A stretch of DNA of 23,282 nucleotides, from assembly GCA_003166335.1 (NCBI GenBank), contig PMWA01000032.1, positions 1 through 23,282 of the forward strand. Direction: 5' to 3'. Below are positions 14,910 through 23,282 of this stretch, in pieces. Both the position numbers and the translations under genes were made by a program. Source of the stretch: Methanobacterium sp. (GTDB taxonomy: Archaea > Methanobacteriota > Methanobacteria > Methanobacteriales > Methanobacteriaceae). Position 1 is the first letter of the stretch. Every line of letters begins with the position of its first letter. The notes under the pieces were generated by a model. That model did not search any database. It was given only the letters and a program-made list of their open reading frames with translations, and had not been told where the DNA came from.

Positions 14910-15032
14910 TGGAGAGTATGAAATACAACAACGGCATCATGGATGACGCCGAAAAAACATGGTTTAAACCCAATATATGCTGATACTGATGGTTTCTACG
15001 CAACCTATATTGGATCATTAGATGATGATTAA
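14910..15032 (+). pseudogene. polB1: 3' remnant of a family B DNA polymerase (split PolB1-type C-terminus)
   Basis: IMDDAEK/HGLNPIYADTDGFYATYIGSLDDD*: motif C (YxDTD) at 14976-14993, a frameshift in the A6 run at ~14952-14957, and a stop soon after the motif. Confidence 0.75.
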
Positions 15033-15095
15033 ATTATAAAAATAAATTTATAATATTTTCATTTAAAAATAAATAATATAAACTATCAAAGAAAT

Positions 15096-16409
15096 TTATC
15101 TAGATATTTTTCTAGCAAAAACATAGACAAATAATGCAGTAAAAATACTCAATAAACTTGATCCTACAGCAATGATAAGATTATTATTCGGATTTGAAAA
15201 CACTGAAGCTATATAAATTATCCATGAAACTAGAAAAATAAAGAATATGTAACCTAAATTTTCGCCATATCCCGTACCGTAATGTAAAATATTGTAAAGA
15301 ATCCATGATATCCACTTTTCTTCTTCCCGATAAACTTCTTTATTCATGTTCATTTCTTTAACATAAAATTTTCCTGCTTTATCGTATGCTCCCTCTTGTT
15401 GCAAACTTTGTCTTATCCTTCTATAAGTATCTGCAACCGTTCTAGCATCTAATCTGGCTTTTAAGTAAGCTCTATATTCTGGAATTATATTATTTTCCCA
15501 TTTTGATGTTGATAATTCACAGTTTTCAAATATAACATTCTGAAATTTAACGTTGGAGAGATCACAATTTCTAAAACAAGTATTTTTAAGTCTTGCACCC
15601 TCAAATGATAAACCATATTTATTGATTCCTTCAAAAATCCCTGAACTTTTGAAAGACGAATCTACGAACCCCGTTTCTACTTTTACTTCTATATCAGGAA
15701 AATATGAATCCCCGAAAAGTTTAATCCTGTTAAAGTTATTGTATATACAGATATCTGGATTTAAATTAAACTTAGCTCTATTAAAATATGCATCACCTAA
15801 AATTTTTGTACCATCAAATTTAGCTTCACCACCAACTCTTGCATCAATAAGCATAAATTTACCTTCAATATTAGCTCCGATAAAATTTATATAATTACCT
15901 ATCTCAGCATGATTGAAGTCAACATTCTTTTTAACAATTATATGACCGAAATCAGCTATTTTTATCTTTTTTGAATAAGAAAAATTCAATTCACCATCAA
16001 TTTCTGCATTATTAAAATAAACATCACCATTAATGGTAGTCCATGAAAAATTGACATGACCACATATTTTTGACTGGCTAAATCTGACTTCACCATAAAT
16101 AACAGAGCCTCCAAAATTCACATCCCCGTGGATATGCGCCTTCCTACAATTTAACATTAAAATAGGTTGTTGATAAAAATCAATTCCTTCCAGAATTGCA
16201 CCTTCAAAATTAAAATCACCCTTAGCAGCTTTTTCTTTTAATTTTTTTTCTTTTTCAACACTTAATTCTTTATATTCAATAGAATCCTTATTTCTAGGAA
16301 AATCTACATGTAATACACAATAATCCGAGCCAAGCCAAACTTCTTTACCACATTCAAAGTCTCTCTCAATCCCTACACAATTGTATTTACAACTTTTCAT
16401 GTTCATCAT
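15096..16409 (-). CDS. Pentapeptide-repeat protein with C-terminal membrane helices
   Basis: Many F..A.I.G repeats, an N-terminal C..C..CVLH motif, a YRRIRQ..AGKFY.KEM helix, then GYGE and two TM segments. Confidence 0.8.
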   Translation of the reverse strand: MMNMKSCKYNCVGIERDFECGKEVWLGSDYCVLHVDFPRNKDSIEYKELSVEKEKKLKEKAAKGDFNFEGAILEGIDFYQQPILMLNCRKAHIHGDVNFGGSVIYGEVRFSQSKICGHVNFSWTTINGDVYFNNAEIDGELNFSYSKKIKIADFGHIIVKKNVDFNHAEIGNYINFIGANIEGKFMLIDARVGGEAKFDGTKILGDAYFNRAKFNLNPDICIYNNFNRIKLFGDSYFPDIEVKVETGFVDSSFKSSGIFEGINKYGLSFEGARLKNTCFRNCDLSNVKFQNVIFENCELSTSKWENNIIPEYRAYLKARLDARTVADTYRRIRQSLQQEGAYDKAGKFYVKEMNMNKEVYREEEKWISWILYNILHYGTGYGENLGYIFFIFLVSWIIYIASVFSNPNNNLIIAVGSSLLSIFTALFVYVFARKISR

Positions 16410-16417
16410 GTTAATTC

Positions 16418-16547
16418 AGAAGTAAATGGTTTTTGATCTGATATTAAAATATTTAATTAACAATTCATGTATTCTATTATAATTTACTGGGATGCCCCTT
16501 TATTTTGAAGCCATTTAATGATGTCTTCTAGATCTTGTATAATCCAT
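16418..16547 (-). pseudogene. 5' remnant of a paralog of the 296-aa gene
   Basis: Frameshifted MD..DLEDII..GF.I.GIPVNYNRIHELLIKYFNIRSKTI, compared with MDLNKDLEDIILDGFRIRGVQVNYTGIHELLIKYFNFISKTI in the intact gene. Confidence 0.8.
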
Positions 16548-16645
16548 TATTTCTCATTAAATTCAAATTTTCTTCAATAACTGAATTTCTTCTTCAGTTA
16601 ATTCGTAGAGCTCATAAACCATTCTGTCAATCTCTGCATCAGTTT
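16431..16645. repeat. Diverged direct repeat, copy 2
   Basis: Matches copy 1 at an offset of 2870 bp. Confidence 0.9.
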
Positions 16646-19600
16646 CTTTTATTTGCTGGAGCAATGGATTAATTTTATTTATGCTTTCTTCGAATTCCTT
16701 TTCAAGAAGTTCTTGAGTTTTTCTTTTTGTAGTATCTACTTTTTTCTTGTTTAATTCAGCTAAGAAGTCACCAAAATATAATTCATAATATTTATCGAGT
16801 TTTTGTGAGAAATTTTCAACATGATAAGTACGTTGTAACCAGTCTTTAAATCCATTAATTTCAGCTACTAAACCTTTATTAAGAAAGAGCATTTTATCAG
16901 CTTTTTCAATATATGGTTTTTGTTTAATGTCCTCTATTAGTTTAATTGGGAGCCGTTCAACATATTTCTTGTTTAAATCAAAACGTTTACCTTCTAATGT
17001 ACTTCCTAAAAATTTAAATATAAAATTTAAGGTTTTTGAAGAAGTAAAACTCCTAAATATTTGAGGTTAATAGTATCCGAAGTTATAATGTAACATTTTT
17101 GATTAGTATAAAATCCACTATCATCAAAAGCAACAAATAATTTCGGCGCTATATTTGGGTAAATTAGCTTTTCTTTTTCAAATTCAGCATAATAATCAGA
17201 AGCATATCTACTTAAAGCAAACCAATCAACACGACCCGCTTTTACTTCAGGTCGTTTTTCAAGATTAGATTTAAATTTAGATAGATGATCTTTAATTGAT
17301 ATATATTCATCAATCGGAAATCTCCATGGAATATACAGGATATATAAATCTTTATAATTTATTTCCCATTTTTTAATATCCCTACCTCTTAAAAGAGACT
17401 TTATAACATCTTTACTTTTAGGATCTTTTTTTATTAGTTCATTTCTTACTTTTCCATCAATTACAAATGCATCATTATAACCACTTAGTAAACCTCTATA
17501 AAACCCTAAACCAGAAATATCTTTTATAAAAGAAGAATTAGCATTGATTTTATCTCTTAAATCAAGAACTTCAGGTCTTTCAAAACTCCAAGAAGTAACA
17601 TCTAATCTATTTTGCTCTAATTCAAAATCATTATCCACTAAAATATTATTATCATTGTTAAATCCATTTTTAATTATAAATACTGATGAATGAACAGTAG
17701 CTCCTTCAAACACTTTATCCCAAGTATGATCAACATATCGCTCAAAAGAAGTACCAGTCATGATTAATTCACGTAAATTTTTACCATAATTAGACTTTAT
17801 AAACTTATTAGAAGAAATATAACCTAATTTACCATCATTTTTAGTATTTGAAAACCTTTTTCAAAGAAATAAACATATAGATCAGCAACACCAGTATAAG
17901 TTTTATAGTGTTCCTTCAGATACGGTTTTATCTCTTTAATCTTCTCTTGCCGTACATAAGGTGGATTTCCAATCACTACATCAAATCCACCTTCCTTGAA
18001 AATTCCTGAGAATTCTTTTTCCCATTTGAATGCTTTGTCTCCAGCATATTCTGGGTAATCGATAAGTGAATTTCCACATTTTATGTTGTTATCCAAGTTA
18101 GGTAATTTTAATCCTTTTTTACATACTTTTAAGAAGAGTGATAGTTTAGTTATTTCCACTGATTCTTCGTTTAAGTCAACTCCGAAGATATTTTGAAGTA
18201 GGATTTCTCGTCTTTTTTCGATGGCATCAAAAACAATTACCCCTAAGTCAAAGTGTTTAATAGATTCTATTTTTCTTCTCTTTCCTTTACCAACTTTAAT
18301 ATCTGTGGTAGTTGTGTAACCCATCTTAAAATCATATATTGCATTATGGATTTCTAATAGAACATCGGCGGCTTTATTTAGGAAAGCACCGGATCCACAT
18401 GCAGGATCTACTATTCTTATTTTTTCAAGTTTTTTATCTAACTTTTCGAGTTCAGTAGGGGACCATGAATATTCTCCAATCAATTCATCAACAGTATTAG
18501 AATTTCCAGATTTACTTAAATAAGGGATAATAGTATTCCTGCAAATGTAATCGGTTATATACTGCGGCGTATAGAAAATTCCTTCTTTTTTCCTTCGACC
18601 TTTAACATCTGCTTTGAGTACTTCCAGGTCTCCAATAGAATTCTCAAAGATGTGACCTAGAATGTTAACATCTAGTTCTGACGAAAAGTCAAAAGATGAA
18701 ATAATCAGTAAATTCTTATAAATAGGATTTACTTTATTGGCATGAGGTACCAGCATTTCATTAATACTTGACTCATATTCTTCAAAATTCCATTCCTGCC
18801 ATGCATCTTTAAAGATTTCTTTATCAATTACTATGTCACGGATTTTGATGAAATCTAAATCCTCCTCAAATAAGCCACCATTATAAGCTGAAATATGTTT
18901 AAACTCGTTTCCTTCATTAATGTCTTCGAATAGTTCATTTAAACGTTGCCAAATACTATTATGTCTTAAGTTTCCCTGTCTTATAGGAGTAATGATTGTA
19001 TTCGAAGAAATTTGACCAATAAGTAAACCAGCGTCTTCAGCAAACGAAATGAACATGTATCTGTTAAGAATTAATTGAGCATAATGAACAGCATCAACCC
19101 TATTAAAATCATTAAATTCCTCTAATTCCTTTATCAGCATCATCCGAGTTTCATGAAATAATTTATAAAAATTATTTTCTAACTGCCTTTCAATTACTAA
19201 AGTTTCTTCAAGTAATTTCACAGGATACTCATTATTTATGTATGATTCTTTAGAAAATGCAAGCATAAAATAACAGAACTTCTCACTATCAAACAAATCC
19301 TCATAATTAAAACAAATCCACTTATCACTCTTCTTACCATAATTATACAGTCTAAATTCCTTAAAATTCGAAACAAAAATCCAATCAATATCACCAGTAT
19401 GTTGCGCATAATCAAAAGCCTGATCCACAGGAGTTCTCTTATCATTGAATCTATGCTGGGGTTTATCCAGATCCGATGTTTGGTCCTTGAGCTCAATGAC
19501 CATAAATTTTTTATCACCAGACTTCAATGCAAACTCGCTTTTACCCCTTCCAGTGCCCTCTTTCTCACTAAACAGGATATTCTTTTCACGGTCATATCCA

Positions 19601-19779
19601 AGGATCTCTTTTAGAAAATCATAAAAATAAAGATAATTGCTCTCTTCGGATTTAAAATCTCCATTTTCAAACATTTCCGTGTGTTTCTTAATGAACCCAT
19701 GTTTAGATATTGTTAATTTAAATGCCTTATTCTGGGCATATTTTTTCATCAGGGCCTGGTTGAAAAGATTATTTTTCAT
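16563..19779 (-). pseudogene. Type IIG (Eco57I-like) fused restriction-modification enzyme, frameshifted
   Basis: N-terminal nuclease (SEFALK..IELK, Q..DYA), DPACGSGAFL (motif I), NPPY (motif IV) and a TaqI_C-like TRD. Split into ORFs 17824..19779, 17027..17761 and 16563..16892 by single-base losses at ~17840 and ~17042. Confidence 0.88.
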
Positions 19780-19870
19780 GGATGATCTTAATGTTTAAGT
19801 CTTAGAATTTAATAATTAGTTTATGTTTTTCAGTTGAATACAATTCTGATAATTTTGCTTTGTATGTATA

Positions 19871-21472
19871 TTATTCAAATTTAAGTTTTTCTAAATAGTT
19901 ATAAAGATCGTCGACTGATTTGAAATCATATTCATCTCCAAGTTTAATAAGTTTAAAAATTACTTCTTGGACAACGATAGATAAATCAATCATATCATTT
20001 ACTGATACAAAAACATCTCCATTATGTACAATTTGACTTCTTATCTCGTAAAGTTCTTTTAAACCCTTAAAATAATTTATTCTATCTTCATATTTATCAG
20101 CTAAAAGAAAAGCAGTTCGTTCCGCTAATTTATCGGTTATTGATTCATTTTTTTTAACTAATACTGATTCCAATGCATTAGATAACTTAAGAAATTTATC
20201 ACCAAACTTAAAATATCCTAAGTTTTCATGCTTTTTAGCCCTTCTTTCAAAAATTTCTTCATTTTCTTTTTTTATATTTAGTTTAGTATTACAAGATTCT
20301 CCAAACCAGTAAATTGATGTCAACAAACTATCTTGAAAATTATTTTTATTAGGATTTATTAATATATTATCTAAGATATTAAAACCCCAATTAGACATGA
20401 GATTTAGCCTATCTTTGTCTATTTTAAAATTAGGCAATGGGCCAAGAATTTCGTAAGGTATTCTCATCCGATTGTTGTTATATCCAATTAAAATTCTAGA
20501 ACTTTGTGAAATAATTTCTCCTTTTATTCCAAAATAATCATCCTCTAGATAACTATAAAGTTTGATAACATTTATTGCTAATCTGATTTTACTTAAAGCT
20601 AATTGCTTCGCACTTTCAAATACACCCTTTACTTTTGTTATTGCTACAATATCTTCATCTTTTATTTTTTCCACATCTTTTACTGCATTATTATAAGTTT
20701 CAGGTTTTTCTTTATCGGTTATAGATTCATTTTCAAAAATAAGTTTGTGAAGTACATTTTTAATCTCATCCTTAATTTCTCCATAATTACAAAACGACAC
20801 AGTACCTATTTCCAAAGAATCATCTAAAGATAAATGCTGTATAGGAGCTACAAATGTCCATTCTTGTTTTTCACTTAAAAAAGAAGATTTTAAATTCTTT
20901 AATTTTTTATCAATAAAAACATCCCTCTTATCTTCTTCCAAACCCATAGCTTCAGATAAAACAAGATATAATTCGTTTTCAATTACATTTTTTATGATAT
21001 TAAATTTTATATAATCATCATTCCTTAATTCATCTATAGCTTTATTAAGTTCAGCATATCCTTTAGAACTTAATAAAACTACAATTTTGGTCTTTTTTGA
21101 CCAAAATAAATTCCCACGTTCTTCTAAATTTCTTTGGTATTCTGAGTTATTACATATTTTTAATAAAGAAATTTTAACTTTTTCTAAGTCTGCTCCAGGG
21201 ACTGTCAATAGCCAGCCACAGTTTTTTAAATAATTAACTGTTTCATTAATTTCGTTCAAAGCGTCAGTAGATACATCTTTTATCAGAAATTTGCCTGTAA
21301 TCACCTTTTTTGAAGAATCATGACCCAATATGAATTTTAAGTTATTCAATTCTTTTTTTATCAATTCTAATTCTATTTTATCATCATAAACTGCTTTTAT
21401 TTCAATAATACCAGTATATTTCCGTTTTTTTGGAATTTTATAATCTACTGAAATAATTTCTTTTTCTACCAT
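19871..21472 (-). CDS. ApeA-like HEPN-domain protein (putative anti-viral RNase)
   Basis: C-terminal LSNALESVL...LAERTAFLL...LYEIRSQIVHNG (R-x4-H); ATG at 21472 follows GGGTG. Confidence 0.8.
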   Translation of the reverse strand: MVEKEIISVDYKIPKKRKYTGIIEIKAVYDDKIELELIKKELNNLKFILGHDSSKKVITGKFLIKDVSTDALNEINETVNYLKNCGWLLTVPGADLEKVKISLLKICNNSEYQRNLEERGNLFWSKKTKIVVLLSSKGYAELNKAIDELRNDDYIKFNIIKNVIENELYLVLSEAMGLEEDKRDVFIDKKLKNLKSSFLSEKQEWTFVAPIQHLSLDDSLEIGTVSFCNYGEIKDEIKNVLHKLIFENESITDKEKPETYNNAVKDVEKIKDEDIVAITKVKGVFESAKQLALSKIRLAINVIKLYSYLEDDYFGIKGEIISQSSRILIGYNNNRMRIPYEILGPLPNFKIDKDRLNLMSNWGFNILDNILINPNKNNFQDSLLTSIYWFGESCNTKLNIKKENEEIFERRAKKHENLGYFKFGDKFLKLSNALESVLVKKNESITDKLAERTAFLLADKYEDRINYFKGLKELYEIRSQIVHNGDVFVSVNDMIDLSIVVQEVIFKLIKLGDEYDFKSVDDLYNYLEKLKFE

Positions 21473-21690
21473 TCTTACACCCAATTAACTAAATTTAGAT
21501 CAAAAAACCTTTATGTATTAAAGTAAACATTTGGAATTTTTCTAAAATGTTGGATATTGTAATATAATAGTGAATTTAGTAATAAATTTTATAATTCCTG
21601 TATTATAAAATTAGGCTAAAATCGCAATCTTTTCAGGTTGGTTGCATTTAACAAATAAAAAAAAACATTAATTTTTAATTTAAATTAGTC

Positions 21691-22773
21691 TTAAATATAA
21701 TGTTTCGCGGTGCTTTTTAGCTTTTCTGAGTGTTTATAAATGTCATTAAGATTATCTATGGTTACTTTTTCCTCTATTTTAGCACCACTTGCGCGTTTCT
21801 CTTGATTATCGAAGAATCCTACAGATTTTAGTTTTCGTGATTTAAAATGCATTCTACATAAAACTTTGTATTTATTATCATCAAGGAGAACACTACAATA
21901 ATTATGCCTGTTACGAATGAATACTCTCGCCGGGTCAATTAATTCACTGAGGATAGCTTTGGCAATATAATATCCTTCCCATTCTTCTTCAGTCGTGATG
22001 ATTTCACTTTTATCTCTTTTAAAATCAATGTCTTCTGTAGTTTTTTCTTCAGCGTTTTCGGAAGCTAATGCTTTTTCTAATCTCTCATCGACTCTATCCT
22101 TAATGAATTCATTTAATGCCGACTTGGTGATTTGAGCAAATTGAGTCTTGGCATTCTTAGTTAATGGACTAGAATATACTTTTTTAGCAAAAAATCTTAC
22201 AAAATCATCTGATGGATCTTTAAGTTGTTCTGCTAATATTTTTTTCATTTCATTTTTGTATTTTAACTCGCTAGCGGATGCTAAAATGTTTTCCAGGTCA
22301 AATGATGATTTTGTAAACTGTTTAAGCTCTTTTTTATCCGTATCTGTAACATTTCTTAAATCAATCTCAAAGAATGGTTTTTGGTCCATTTTGTTTGGTT
22401 CATCAATATCTGTATAAAATCTAAAAATAATTCCATTAGTTAAAATTCCAAACTTTGCTTCAGTAACAGAAAAATATCTATATAGTTGAGATGCATGTTC
22501 TTTATCCAGGTCGGTTTTTGTTGTCTTACATTCAATCAGTATGATGGGTTTGCCCTCACTCATAATAGCATAATCTACTTTTTCCCCTTGTTTAATTCCA
22601 ACATCTGCAGTGAACTCAGGAACAACTTCTGCAGGGTCAGTATGGTCATATCCCAAAACAAGCCTTATAAAAGGAAGTATAAAAGCAGTTTTTGTAGCTT
22701 CTTCAGTTTTTACCAGGTCTGATTTTTCAGATATTTTAAATGTAAGTTTATCAATTTCTTCTGACATCCCCAT
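21691..22773 (-). CDS. HsdR_N-like PD-(D/E)xK restriction endonuclease (COG4748-like)
   Basis: TEEATK..FILPF..LGYD, EVVPEF.ADVG.K.GEKVDYAI, IECK, QLYRYF, ILTNG. Confidence 0.85.
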   Translation of the reverse strand: MGMSEEIDKLTFKISEKSDLVKTEEATKTAFILPFIRLVLGYDHTDPAEVVPEFTADVGIKQGEKVDYAIMSEGKPIILIECKTTKTDLDKEHASQLYRYFSVTEAKFGILTNGIIFRFYTDIDEPNKMDQKPFFEIDLRNVTDTDKKELKQFTKSSFDLENILASASELKYKNEMKKILAEQLKDPSDDFVRFFAKKVYSSPLTKNAKTQFAQITKSALNEFIKDRVDERLEKALASENAEEKTTEDIDFKRDKSEIITTEEEWEGYYIAKAILSELIDPARVFIRNRHNYCSVLLDDNKYKVLCRMHFKSRKLKSVGFFDNQEKRASGAKIEEKVTIDNLNDIYKHSEKLKSTAKHYI

Positions 22774-23282
22774 TTCAACAATCCCCCATCAATTTTTTTA
22801 ATTGTCTAATTACAATTATTTACAAACCATATAATAAAATATTATTATATTTAAATCCAAATAATAATTAATCGTGGAGCTGCACTGAAACATTATTCAC
22901 ATCCCAAAACTTAAAAAGGGGATGATTAAGCCAGTCTAATAAATAAATACTTATGAAATTAAATTTTCTGCACACCTAATAAGTTGGGGGGAATGTAAAG
23001 AAATTTGGTTATGTTCGATGTTATAGCGTTAAGATATTTTTAGCTAAATCGATGATTAGAGCGTTTTAATTTATATAAACTCTAAATATGGCGTATTTTT
23101 AATATTTTTTTTATGAATTAGAGAATTTCTTTTTTTTTGAATTAATGAAGTTTTATAATTTTTTTTTATCTAGATAAAAAAAAAGAAAACTTCTTATTAC
23201 TATTTATTATTGAAAAATAAATAACTATTTTTTTTTTAACATAAAATTTGATTTATGGCTTTATTAATTTTATTTCGAAAAA

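Noticed and set aside
22890..23282. Coding or RNA feature in the terminal AT-rich region
   Set aside because: Only short interrupted frames and poly-A/T tracts; nothing supportable.

Overview
AT-rich window from a pseudomurein-walled methanogen (Methanobacteriales, Methanobacterium-like). This assignment is inferred from pseudomurein-binding repeats, a PeiW/PeiP-type peptidase, TATA-box promoters, GGAGGT/GGTGA ribosome-binding sites (RBS) and a remnant of a split PolB1-type polymerase. Bases 1 to ~5.2 kb look like the late end of a provirus: two probable tail/adhesin genes sharing a repeated beta-rich module, a divergent cluster of micro-ORFs including an AbrB-type regulator, and a lysis cassette. 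Bases ~5.2-12.6 kb hold cargo and virus-like genes: a GT-C glycosyltransferase, a CDF metal exporter behind a 29-bp-period palindrome array, an HNH-AP2 endonuclease with a structured leader, Zn-finger microproteins, a HEPN protein and a Panacea/RelE-like toxin-antitoxin pair. Bases ~12.7-22.8 kb are a defence-island-like region: an unknown 296-aa gene, a small operon ending in a polB remnant, a pentapeptide-repeat membrane protein, a frameshifted Type IIG R-M gene, an ApeA-like HEPN protein and an HsdR_N-like nuclease. The best candidates for new biology are (1) an endolysin fusing a class-I glutamine-amidotransferase-like (BPL_N) domain to a C71 pseudomurein endoisopeptidase, with an internal RBS+GTG that would also yield the stand-alone Pei; (2) a C4-like antisense/pseudoknot leader controlling the HNH-AP2 gene; (3) a ~220-bp duplicated R-M 3'-end/neighbour 5'-start junction that records cassette integration; and (4) the operator-like array before a CDF with an atypical metal site. 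All family assignments come from motif recognition by eye; no searches were run.
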